This document shows positions 25,261 to 38,289 of a DNA stretch of 64,000 nucleotides, one piece after another. The position numbers were made by a program, and so were the translations under genes. The stretch is from NCBI RefSeq assembly GCF_009914755.1, contig NC_060930.1; one strand, written 5' to 3'. Numbering within the stretch: the first letter of the stretch is position 1; each line of letters opens with the position of its first letter. Under the pieces are notes generated by a model. It ran no database searches. It saw only the letters and a program-made list of their open reading frames with translations, and had not been told where the DNA came from. The stretch comes from the human T2T-CHM13v2.0 reference genome, Homo sapiens.

Positions 25261-25519
25261 CTTCTCATCATTGGCATTAGTAATGCTCACATTCATTTCA
25301 GAGAGCCCATCCTTCCTTTTGAAATGTGTTTATTTTGCAAATAATAATTTATCTTTTAGTTAAAGAAAGTGATGGATTCAAAATTTCATTAGCATGTCTT
25401 CCCTTGTTTCCCAGTATTTTTTGTACACAGATAAAGCCGCTTGATAGAACAGTTGCAATTTCCCATCTCTTAACTCTTGCTTTCTCTTCTGCAATTTCCT
25501 CCTGTTTCTACAAGATCAA

Positions 25520-25803
25520 ATCCTAAGCATCCTTGATGATCTAGCTCAAATGTCACTCTCTTCACCCGGCCTTCTCCAATATCTCAAGGTGAAAACTACC
25601 TCTCCTTTTAACTCTTCCTTTACTGCATTCGTGCCTTTCCAATGACAATCTCGTTTTGCCTGTTAATAAAGTTATTTAGTAGTCTTTTATCCCTTAATAG
25701 AATGCAAACTCCTTAAATAATGTGTATCTGACCCTACTTTGCATCCTCGTTACTTAGCATAGTAGGGTTCTATAAATGCTGAGTGAGTGAATGAATGAAT
25801 GAA
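25520..25803 (+). mobile_element. L2 3' end
   Basis: 'ctagctcaaatgtcactctcttc...tagaatgcaaactcctt...gagtgagtgaatgaatgaatgaa'. Confidence 0.8.
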
Positions 25804-28237
25804 AGGCATTTAAAGACCCATCCTCACAGCTCTAGGATTGTATCAGGGTCTTTGAACCTCATATGGCAACGAATTTGAACGAGGTAAGCATCCAATAATA
25901 AAATGACTTGAATTAACTTTAACACTTAAACCCTCAAAGAGTGAAAACAGCTCTATTATGTGCAATACTCAATATCTTGTTTTCCATTAGTGGCATGCAT
26001 TTGTTGAGTTGTAGCCACGTTTGTATTTATATTTTTCTTATTTACTTGCATCAAACAGCTATTATAGTAAAACGTGTCTTTGAGTTATTTCATGTCTTAT
26101 GTGAATCTGTTCCCCCTCAATGACTTTATGTCATGCCATTGTTTCCCTCTTCCCAGAAAACCTAAATGCTTTAGTCTAAGAATACACTTTCTACTAACAT
26201 TAAGTGTTCTAAATCAAAATCAGTTCCATTCTTGATTGATGCTGGCCTATGCCTAAACTGTTTCTGTAAAAACAACGACTTACTGTTACTTTTCTAAAGT
26301 TTCTCTTCTGTTATTACACAATTTGAACTCATATTAATCTCTCTATCCATTTTTAATAGGCTTATTGATTAGTTTTCTCATACATTTTCACTTCTAAACC
26401 ACCTTTAAAAATTTATGTTTAAAAATGCCCCTACTAGCTAGATTCTAAAAGTGAGGGGGGGCACTTCATTTGTCCAAATGCAATCTTTGGAAGACAATTC
26501 CATATCAGATATGTTCTGTGATAAAAGTAAATTTAAAATATGCAATACTGTGTTTAAATATTTTAGTATCAAAATTACATTATAATTATTGTGTTGAGAT
26601 ATTTTAAAAAATTAATTGTAAAGGCTCAGATAAGCCGTGTTACATCAGTAATCTCATGTATTTTATAGTGTCATTTTTAGGTAACAATATTTGACTAACT
26701 TTTCCTAAAATGTTTGTATGTATGAGCCAGTTTATGGGAGATTACTTTAAATTGTGTGAAAATGGACAAAATAATTGGCATGGAATGATATACTAATTAG
26801 GAAAAAAAAAATACCCAAAGCCAATGTTATATAACTAGTTTTTTGTAGTTTATATGTATGAGATTAACTTTTCCACGACACATGGATTAACACCACAGTG
26901 ATACAGGATTGCAGTCTCTTACCTCCTTATCCTCAAAAGCAGAAGAATGAAAGTAAACTTGTAATTATCAATAATAGGCAAGCTTACAATAAGTTGCTTT
27001 GCCTGCAACTATTTCCTACTTTTTTAGTTTGGAATAACAGAGAATTTCTAACCAGCTACTAATAATCAAATTCCTCCTCTTTACTTATGTATGATCCTAA
27101 GCTTAAAACATGTTTTTGTGTTTTTTGGTTTTAATAAAACCTGCTTTTTAAGGATCTCTCAAGATTACTGGCTACTTAATTTGAATATACTTTACTCTCT
27201 CCTTCTCCCCTCTTTTTCCTTTTTAAAAGAGCTTTTGACTTCTGCAGTGTGGCATTAACAAGGAAAGAAAACCTAAAGTCCACCTAAGTTTTTTATCCTT
27301 TTCCTCTCCCTATTTTTTACTGCCTGAAATCCAGGATTAATTTTCTTTTCTAACAACTCATATCACCACAGTTTAAACTTGGGGAAACTGAGGCTATGCA
27401 ATAGTTAGCAGGATGGCGATATTCAAATATTAGGTAATGGGATATTTGAAGCATTCTGGAGTGTTAAAGTAATTTCTTTTCATATGCAACATTAACAGAG
27501 AACCTCTTCTTAAAGTAAATCCTTGAATTGGCATCTTAGGATAGCTCAATTTCAGATACTGTAAGAGGAAACACACTAGTTCCTGGAAAGAAGAAATAAT
27601 ATTTTAATTCATGTCAGTAGGAAGCCAGAATCCAAAGCTCTACTTTCTCTTTTCCACACATAACTAGTTATGTAGATGCAGGCAAATGACTGCACATCTC
27701 CAGGTGTAAGGTTTTTTCACACCGATCTTGAAACTGGTAACACCAGGATTCCCATTCTAACTTAGGACTTCCCTAAGTCATTGACGTAATAAATTTCGAC
27801 GCCCGCTTCAGGTGTCAGCAGTGATGGTTGGTTAAGTTTCTGCTTCAAGGAGCTTGTGATCTTGTTGGGCACCCTCATTTTCTGAAGAAAAGTAAAGCTA
27901 CCACATCTGTTTATCTTACTGGCTATAAAATATTCATCTATCATTGCCTCTGAACAGTTGAACATCTCTGAATATCTCCAGAGGCAGAGTGATTGTATTG
28001 TATTTTCTTATCAACATTATTTCAGAGAATTTAATATGTATAATTCAATATTTTTAAAAGTAAAATCACATTTCAACCAACATGTTTATAATATGCACAT
28101 CAACAAATTGCACACCCACTATTTTATAAGTTGAATATGATGTCACTAAATATTATGATCTAATTGCCCTCAGATACATGTTCACAATTTGTTCTTTCCT
28201 TTATAGCTATAGTGGATGCCTCCAGTGTATGTCAATT

Positions 28238-28701
28238 TGTAACAGGATGAGCCGCAGACAAAACTCCTCAGACACCGAGTTAAAGAAGGAAGGGGTTTAT
28301 TCAGCTGGGGGCATTGGCAAGACTCCTGTCTCCAAGAGCCAAGCTCCCCGAGTGAGCAATTCCTGTCCCTTTTAAGGGCTCACAACTCTAAGGGGGTGCA
28401 CGTGAGAGGGTCGTGATCTATTGAGTAAGCAGGGGGTACGTGACTGGGGGCTGCATGCACCCATAATTAGGTCGGAACAAAACAGGATAGGGATTTTCAC
28501 AGTGCTTTTCTATACAATTTCTGTAATCTATAGATAACCATAACCGATTAGGTCAGGGGTCGATCTTTAACTACCAGGCCCAGGGTGTGGCGCCGGGCTG
28601 TCTGCTTGTGGATTTCATTTCTGCCTTTTAGTTTTTACTTTTTCTATCTTTGGAGGCAGAAATTGGGCATAAGACAATATGAGGGGTGGTCTCCTCCCTT
28701 A
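28238..28701 (-). mobile_element. LTR2 (HERV-E/Harlequin family) solo LTR, 464 bp
   Basis: The reverse complement begins 'taagggaggagaccacccctcatattgtcttatgcccaatttctgcctccaaag' and ends 'gttaca'. 4-bp TSD aatt at 28234-37 and 28702-05. Minus-strand AATAAA at 28296-28301. Many CpGs are retained. Confidence 0.9.
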
Positions 28702-29669
28702 AATTTAGCTATAGGGCTAAGGCTTCTAGTAAACAAGAGTCCCCCAGTTACTGACTGCAACTCATCTGTCTGACCCACCACCTGGATTCTGATACACAGA
28801 GGCACATGTCTACACCAACACAGTCACATGCACCAGATGTGTGCAATACTGTTTGAAAATGCTTTACATGATGGAAGTCTTACTCTCTGTAATAAACTGG
28901 AGCACCATTACCTATTAGGAGAAAGGAGAAATGTACATCAATGTTCTTAATCAGCCACATTTACAAAATAATGCTTGAAATCCTTAAGGACAAAAAGTCT
29001 CTCAATATTTGAAGAAGATATTCCAGGATAGATATCTGATAAAGTTTCTGATAAAACTTGATCTCATGTAATCTACCCTTCAAAAATTCTCAATCCTCTG
29101 ATTATCAAAGAAGCATTTTTCTGTCTACAGGTGTCCCTTGCTCATTTATTAAAAATCATAAATATAAATATTAATCATAAATATCATTGCATGACATTGA
29201 AAAACATTTAAAAATTATGGTTATTTATACTTTTCTACCTCATATATAATAATATACTAAAGCTTATTTTATGTTTATTTATGAAGTACAGTTTTTCTTT
29301 GGAAAAGACACATTGCCAATTATGAGTATTAATGTTATGATAATTAATGTTAATATGATGTTTTAGTAGACTATGCAAATTTCACCGGATAATTATCTCA
29401 TTATGTTTATATATAAGCAAGAAAAAAAATACTACTAAGACTTCCAAGACTTTAATTTTTATAATTAAGTGCTTGCTGTTATTTTTATTCTCTTATGTAC
29501 TACCAAAGCACTCCTATGCTCATCCTTATTATGACACTCATCAGCTGTGTTATAGTTGTGTGATTTTTTTTTTATGTCTCCCCACTATACTAGAAACATT
29601 TCACAGGTGAGGACATTATGGTACGTATTCATTGTTTTAATCTCTGTGCATTACTTGATAGAGATAGGG

Positions 29670-29704
29670 TTGTGTGTGTGTGTGTGTGTGTGACAGAGAG
29701 AGAG
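29670..29704. repeat. (TG)n(GA)n microsatellite
   Basis: Directly visible. Confidence 0.9.
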
Positions 29705-29904
29705 GTAGATATCAATTATGTTCCATGTCTTTACATTCAAAGTGAAATGCATAATGATAACTAAGTTCGATACTTTTGATAATCACAGTTAAATAATAAT
29801 GTTTTCAAATAGAAAAACCAGAAGGCACCTGGGGAAAAGGTAACAAAATTCTCAAAATACTAAAATTGATTCCTGAAAGGATCCATTCAGATTCACATAA
29901 TCTG

Positions 29905-30030
29905 TTTACAAAGTGTTTATAGAGCAAGTAAACTGGGTAAAAGTGGAACAGGGTGCTATTAGTAATTATGCCAGGACAATAGGCATACACCAGAACTGTT
30001 TTGGGCAAAGCAGGATGTTACGTTATTTCA
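29905..30030 (-). mobile_element. MER94-like hAT-Blackjack MITE
   Basis: 'agtggaacagggtgctattagtaattatgccaggacaataggcatacaccagaactgttttgggcaaagcaggatg' matches recalled antisense MER94. Confidence 0.65.
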
Positions 30031-30066
30031 CCTCTAGCAAATACAGACAGCAAAAAATGCTCAATT

Positions 30067-30377
30067 GGCCGGGCGTGGTGGCTCACACTTGTAATCCTAG
30101 CACGTTGGGAGGCCGAGGCGGGAGGATTGCCTGAGCTCAGGAGTTTGAAACCAGCCTGAGCAACATGGCGAAACCCTGTCTCTACTAAAAATACAAAATA
30201 CAAAAAATTAGCCGGGTGTGGTGGTGCGTGCCTGTGATCCCAGCTACTCAGGAGGCTGAGGCATGAGAATCGCTTGAACCTGGGAGGTGGAGGGAGGTTG
30301 CTGTGAGCCACTGCACTCCAGCCTGGGTGGCAGAGCAAGACTCTGTCTCAAATAAAATAAAGTAAAATAAAATAAAA
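30067..30377 (+). mobile_element. Alu (old S/J-type) with (AAAAT)n tail
   Basis: Dimer with TSD aaaa(t)gctcaatt on both sides. Confidence 0.95.
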
Positions 30378-31050
30378 GCTCAATTGATAAAACCATTAAG
30401 AAGCACTAAGAACAAGTCCAAATAAAAATCAATCTTTTAAAGTAAAATTAGTCTGATTGGGATAAAAATAAGTTACAGAGAATCAAATAGGTACCTAAAT
30501 TCTAGGCTAGGAAGGACTAAAAGCTTTGACTACTTTGGGGTAGCTTATGACCTGGAGAGCTAGTTCATTTGGGCACAGCGAAAGGAGAAAGGCAGAGCAT
30601 TGGGCTGGTTTAGGTAATTGACTATTCTAGATACCCAAGGTTTAGACAACTAAGAATCCTGATGCTCTTAGATTTGACTCTTTCCAAAGGTTATTTCTCT
30701 GGCAGATACTTTTCTCCTTTGAGATGGGCCTGGTTATAAGTAAGAAAGAGAAATTCCATCACCAACCCTGAAAGGACCTTTCTAGAGAAAGAAGTTGTTG
30801 ATCTTGGTATTTAAATTATTTCATTAATTGGTTTCAATGACTTTTTTTTTCTGTAAAATCAGTAGTGTTTTTCAGACAGTAACTATTAAAAAAAATGGAG
30901 ACTTGCTTTAATACAGATGGTTGAGCTCTGGGTTAGTGTTGCAGACAAGTATTGAAATGCCAATGTAGTGGTTGTCGTGAGCATCAAAAAACTTTTTTTA
31001 TAAGTACTTCACAAATGCACTAACTCACTAGCACTGTTTATGTTACAGGC

Positions 31051-31465
31051 TGTATTAGGCTGTTCTTGTACTGCTATAAAGAAATACCTGATACAGTAAT
31101 TTATAAAGAAAAGAGGTTTAATTGGCTCACAGTTTTGCAGGCTTTACAGGAAGCATGGTGCTGGCATCTGCTTCTGGAGAGACCTCAGGGAGTTTTAAAT
31201 CATGGTGGAAGGTGAAGGGGAAAGCCAGCATCTCACATGGCCAGAGAAGGAGCAAGAGAGGGAGAGGGGAGTTGCCACACACTTTTAAACAACCAGATCT
31301 CACAAGAACTCACTCATTATTACAAGGACAGCACCAAGGGGATGGTGCTAAACCAATCATGAGAAATCTACCCTGCCAGTCACCTTCCACCAAGCCCCAT
31401 CTCCAACATTGGGGATTTCATTTCAACATGAGATTTAGGTGGGGACAAGTCCCTAGACTATATCA
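31051..31465 (-). mobile_element. MSTA/MSTB MaLR solo LTR
   Basis: 'tgtattaggctgttcttg...ctatatca' with perfect 5-bp TSD caggc at 31046-50 and 31466-70. Confidence 0.93.
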
Positions 31466-31761
31466 CAGGCAAATGCTATAAAAATACTAGTGAGTAATAA
31501 ATCCCTTTGGTACGGTTCAAGACAGGCTTAGCTAGCATTGAATTCTAGACTGACCAAAGCAACAACATCTTATTTTTTATATGTTTTAAGTTTCTTTTCC
31601 TGACTTCATTTTCTAAAAAGGTCTATGATCTGGGCATTACCACTTTAAAATGAGAAAACAGGTTCAGAGGCTTCTCTGAGGTCCAGGGCTAGGAGTAGAA
31701 TTGTAGGGATTTGAAGCCAGTTCTGATCCTAAACTGGGCTATTTCCCTAAGCACCTCACTA

Positions 31762-32133
<372 letters not shown>

Positions 32134-32508
32134 TCATTATCAGCCAGTTATTTGGAATTTTGAAATTTTGAATGCCTTGTCCCCTAGAAATGCCATGTCA
32201 CGAATGCTGTTTGGGTCCCTGCGCAAGCCCATCAAAAGCTGGTTGGCCTAAGAATGTACTTAATCGTAGTCATGACAGAATCAGCCTTAGTTCTAATAGT
32301 CTCAAAAATTAGGAGGAAACCAGGGCTAGAGAAAAGGAAGAAAAGCACCTTTGCCCTGTTCCTGGATGCAGCTTTGGTTCTGAGAAATGTTGGAAATAGG
32401 CCACGATGGGGTCAACTCCTTTTGCATGTCCCAGGGCTCCTCTTCCCAGACCTCTGTTACCTGAGCTAACGTGGGCTCTTGCCACCACCAGGTCTCACAT
32501 ATTATTCA

Positions 32509-32818
32509 TTGGGATGGTTAATTTTATGTATCAACTTGGTTAGGCACAGTACCCAGATATTTGGTCCAGCATTTTTGGAGATGTTTCTGTGAAGGTATTT
32601 TTTAGATGAGGTTAACATTTAAACCAGTTGATCTTAAGAAAAGCAAGTTAGTCTCCATGATGTGAGTGAGCCTCATTCCATTGGTTGAAGACCTTATGAG
32701 AAAAAGACTGACCTCCTCAAACGAAGAGGGAATTCCACCAGCAGACTGCCTTTGAACTTGAACTGCAACTCTTCCCTGTCTCTGATTTCTATTTCTCTGG
32801 GGACCCTTGATTAATATA
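32509..32818 (+). mobile_element. MLT2B-type ERVL LTR, internally deleted
   Basis: 'gatggttaattttatgtatcaacttgg...gtttctgtgaaggtattttttagatgaggttaacattt...cagcagactgcctttgaacttgaactgcaac'. Confidence 0.88.
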
Positions 32819-33152
32819 CTCACTTACTCACATAAACTCACCCCAACCTGCACATATGGGGAAGCTGATCTCAGTCCAGAGGTAGAACTAGCCTGTAATA
32901 ATATATGCATGATTGATAGACATTTAACTTTTCAAAACTTCTTTTTTTTCCTGAAATAAGATTCCTGTTAATGAAAGAATATTTCAAATTCTAAAATTTC
33001 TGAGTTAGAAAGTTAATTAAACATCCGGACAATAGAGAGGAATTGGAAGGTGAAGTTAGCCATGGGAATCACTACGGCTGAAGGCTAATCCTGTCTGAAC
33101 ATCTGACCCTTGTGTTATACACTCAAACCCCCAACTTAAAAAATGGGTACTA

Positions 33153-33480
<328 letters not shown>

Positions 33481-33659
33481 TTACAGTTAAAGCTATTAAT
33501 GTTTACAGGTTTCTTCCTTCTTCCTGTGGGTCAATCTTGGGTGTTTTCTGGGTTGTAGAATGAAATAAGTTCTTGAAAGCATGAGTCTCTGGTGCAGGCT
33601 TTCTTGTTTCTTTACACATCTTCCCTTTGTACTCCACACCCACATGACTTACACATCTG

Positions 33660-34025
33660 CTTCCGTATTTGGGCTCATTCTATCTTCCTAGTGCATAACT
33701 TCCACTGCTTCATCTCCAGCTATCAAATTCCTACCAATTCATCTGTGCCCAGGTAACTCCCGTCTTCTCCCTGAAGCTTCCTGGTCTACTCCAGCCCACA
33801 GGTATCACCCTTCCTTTGGAACTTCTGTAGCGCATACTGTCAGAAAACCTGGCATTTCAAACACTGCTTTTATTCTGAGTTAATATTTCATGAATCTCAT
33901 ATTTTCCTCGGTTAGGCAATATGTTCTTTGAAGATAAGGGCCATGTTTGATTTTTCTTTTTTTGCATTTCATAGTTTACATATGCATACACATCTTATAG
34001 TCATTTAAAATAAATATTTGTTTAC
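33660..34025 (+). mobile_element. L2 3' fragment
   Basis: 'caaattcctacc...ttctccctgaagcttcc...ttctttgaagataagggccatgt...aataaatatttgtt'. Confidence 0.65.
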
Positions 34026-34659
34026 CCATTATTTAAATAAGCTAAGGAAGATACAATTAGGAATAAAACTAAGTAATGAAATCTGAATTTAGATATAAAA
34101 CAAATATTTCTGCTTCTGGAATTTAAGATTGCGTGTGTGTGTGTCACATAGAGAGGCAAAACTTTTATAACTTAAGTAATATAGCATGAACTCTAATGAT
34201 TTAAGAAGTTATCCAAGATAGATTTACGAAAAGTGGTTTGGATAGGTAACTTTTCCAGGATTTTAATCTGAAGAAGATACATCTTCATCAATAATTATTG
34301 AAAAAGTAAAGGATTAATCAAGAAATGATTCCTATAGTTTGGGTAATGAACATCATATTCTTGCTTTATACTACACACTAAAATAAAGTTCAGATAGTTT
34401 TAACACTTAATTTTTTTAACCAGAATAGAGAAATAAAAAAATAAATATTTAACAAACCTCTGAGAAGAATACTTTCTAAATTTGAAACACTAGAAATTAG
34501 TAAGGGGAAAATTCTCCCAAATTTAATTCTATAAAAAATGTTAAATTATGTATATAAATTAAAAAAATAACAAAAATTTGAAAACCAATAATAAACTAGA
34601 ATAAATATCTTTACTAAATATAACAGACAAACAATGGTCTATGACAATGGGTATTATGC

Positions 34660-34809
34660 ATAGGAGAAAGGACATGAACTTTGGAGTTATAGACTGACAT
34701 AGGATGAACGTTACTATTTGCATGCCTTTGGGTTAGTTACTTACCTGCTCTATGGCTCCTTTTTCTCATCAACAAATAAGAAATGGCAGTGCTCTCTCAG
34801 ATTGCCTTT
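34660..34809 (+). mobile_element. MIR 5' part, split by an L1; the 3' part is at 40827-40905
   Basis: 'gaactttggagttatagact...ctttgggttagttacttacctgctct...ttttctcatc'. It continues after the L1 as 'aaatgaggtaa...ccaggcacatagtagtcacttaataaatggtag'. Confidence 0.8.
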
Positions 34810-34983
34810 TCTTTTTTTTAAGAAATAACTGACTACATTTTATTTTATTTTTTTCTTCCAATTTTATTTTAGATTCAGTGGGTACATGTGCAGTTTTGTT
34901 ACCTGGATGTATTGCATGATGCTGAGGTTCAGATTACGAATGATCTTATCACCCAGGTACTGAGCATGATATCCAATAGTTCA

Positions 34984-35284
34984 TTTTTCTTTTTCTTTCT
35001 TTGAGACAGGGTCTCACTCTGTCACTCAGGTTGGAGTGCAGTAGCATGATCAGGGCTCACTGCCACCTCCGCTTCCCAGGCTCAAGTGATCCTCCCACCT
35101 CAGTCTCCCAAGTAGCTGAGATGACAGGCATGTCCCACCACACCCAGCTAATTCCTGTATTTTTAGTAGAGATGGGTTTTTGGCATGTTGCCCAGGCTAC
35201 TCTTGGACTCCTGGGCTCAAGCAATCCACCTGCCTCAGCCTCCCAAAGTGCTGGGATTGCAGGTGTGATCCACCGTGCCCAGCC
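34984..35284 (-). mobile_element. AluJb-type within L1 3'UTR
   Basis: Dimer with 'ctcctgggctcaagcaatcc' and TSD-like aatagtt..ttttt on both sides. Confidence 0.93.
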
Positions 35285-35792
35285 AATAGTTTGTTTTTCA
35301 ACCCTTGCCCCCTTCCTTCCTCCCCTTGTAGTAATCCCCAGTTTCTACTGTTGCCATCTTTATGTCCATGCATACCCATTGTTTAGCTTCCTTTTATGAG
35401 TGAAAACATGCAGTGTTTGATTTTCTGTTCCTGTGTTAATTTGGTTAAGAAGATGGCCTCCAGCTATATCCATGTTGCTGCAAAGTACATGATTTTGTTC
35501 TTTGTAATGGCTGTGTAGTATTCCATGGTATATAGGTACCACATTTTCTTTATCCAGTCCACTATTGATGGGCACCTACATTGATTCCATGTCTTTGCTA
35601 TTGTAAGTAGTGCTGCGATTAACATGTGAGTCCATGTGTCTGTTTAGTTGAAGGAATTGTTTTCTTTTGGATATATACTGAGTAATGAGATTGCTGGGTC
35701 AAATGGTAATTCTGTCTTAAGTTCTTTGAGATATCTCAAAAGTGTTTTCCACAGTGGATCAACTAATTTACATTCCCACCAACAGTGTATAA

Positions 35793-36095
<303 letters not shown>

Positions 36096-37977
36096 AGGTG
36101 GCCATTCTGACTGCTGTGAGATAGTATCTCATTGTGGTTTTGATTTGTATTTATCTGATGGTTAGTGATGTGGAGCACTTGTTCATAGATTTGTTGGGTG
36201 CTTATATGTCTTCTTTTGAGACACGTCCGTGTCATTTGCTATTATTTAATGCGGTTGTTTTTTGCTTGTTCGTTTGTTTAAGTTCCTTAGAGATTCTGGA
36301 TATCAGACCTTTATCAAATGCATAGTTTGCCAATATTTTCTCCCATTCTTTTTACTCTGTTGATAGTTTCTTTTGTATAGCAGAAACTCTTTAGTTTAAT
36401 TAGATCCCACTTGTCCATTTTTGTTTTAGTTGCAACTGCTTTTGAGGACTTAATCATAAATTATTTTCCAAGGCTGATGTCCAAAATGGTGTTTCCTAGG
36501 TAATCTTCATGGATTCTTACAGTTTGAGATCTTACATTTAAATCTTTAATCTATCTTGAGTTGATTTTTGCATATGGTGAAAGGTAGGGATCCAATTTCA
36601 TTCTTCTGCATATGGCTGCCAGTTATCCTAGCACCATTTATTGAATAGGGAGTCCTTTCCCCATTGATTATTTTTATTGGTTTTGTCAAACATCAGATGG
36701 CTGTAGGTGTGTGGCTTTATTTCTGGGCTCTCTATTCTGTTCTACTGGTCTATGTGTCCATTTTCGTACCAATATAATGCTGTTTTTATTTTTGTAACCT
36801 TACAGTATATTTTGAAGTTGGGTAATGTGATGCCTTTGGCTTTGTTATTTTTGCTTAGGATTGCTTTGGCTGTTTGGGGCTGTTTTTTGGTTCTATATGA
36901 ATTTTAGAATAGATTTTCTAGTTCTGCAAAAACTGACATAGATGGCTCTTATTACTTTGAGGTATGATCCTTTGATGTGTAGTTTATTGAGGGTTTTTAT
37001 CATAAAGAGATATTGGATTTTATCAAAAGTTTTTTCCACATCTATTGAGATGATCATATGTTTTTTAAAAATTCTGTTTATGTGAATCACATAAAACCTT
37101 TATCATGGTTTATTGATAAAGCTTTCAATTGTATTTTGAATTCTGTTTATGGTGAATCACATTTATTGATTTGCATATGTTGAACCAACCTTGCATGCCA
37201 GGAATGAACACTACTTGATCATGGTGAATTGATTTTTTGATGTGCTGTTGGATTCTATTTGCTAGTATTTTGCTGAGGATTCTTTCATCTACGTTCATCA
37301 GGAATATTGGAATATAGTTTTCCTTTTTCATTGTGTCTTTGCCAGATTTTGGTATTAGGGTGATGCTGTCTTTGTAGAATGAGCTAGGGAGGAGTCCCTC
37401 GTCCTCAATTTTTTTTGAATAGTTTCAGTAGAATTGGGACAAACTCTTCTTTGTATGTCTGGTAGAATTTGGCTGTGAATCCGTCTGGTCTGGGTTTTTT
37501 TTTTTTGGTTGGTAGGTTTTTTAAATTGCAATTCAACTTTGGAATTTGATATTGGTCTGTTCAGAGTTTCAGTTTCTTCCTGATTCAATCATGGGAGATA
37601 GTGTGTTTCCGAGAATTTATTTATTAACTCTAGATTTTCTAGATTATGTGCATAAAGGTGTTCCTAATAGTCTCTGAGGATATTTTATATTTCTGTGGGA
37701 TCAGTTGTAATGTCACCTTTGTCATTTTTGATTGTGCTTATTTGGATCTTCTCTCTTTTTTTCTTTATTAATCTAGCTAGTGGTCTATCAATCTTGTTTA
37801 TCCTTTCAAATGACCAATTTTTGGTTTTGTTGATTATTTTTATGGATTTTTGAGTTTCAATTTTGTTCAGGTCCACTTCGATTTTAGTCATTTCTTTTCT
37901 TCTGCTAGTGTTGGGGTTTGTTTCTGCTTTTCTAGTTCCTCTGGCAGTGATGTTAGATCATTAATTTGAGATCTAAC

Positions 37978-38289
37978 TTTTTTTTTCTTTTTTTTTTTAA
38001 GACAGAGTCTCGCTCTGTTGCCCAGGCCAGAGTGCAGTGGCACAATCTTGGCTCACTGCAAGCTCTATCTCCTGGGTTCACGCCATTCTCCTGCCTCAGC
38101 CTCCTGAGTAGCTGGTACTACAGGTGCCTGCTACCATGCCTGGCTAATTTTTTGTATTTTTTTTTTTTTTTAGTAGAGATGGGGTTTCACCGTGTTAGCC
38201 AGGATGGTCTCGATCTCCTGACCTTGTGATCCGCCCACCTCAGCCTCCCAAAGTGCTGGGATTACAGGTGTGAGCCACCGCGCCTGGCC
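37978..38289 (-). mobile_element. AluY
   Basis: Y diagnostics and TSD gagatctaa at 37968-76 and 38290-98. Confidence 0.95.
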
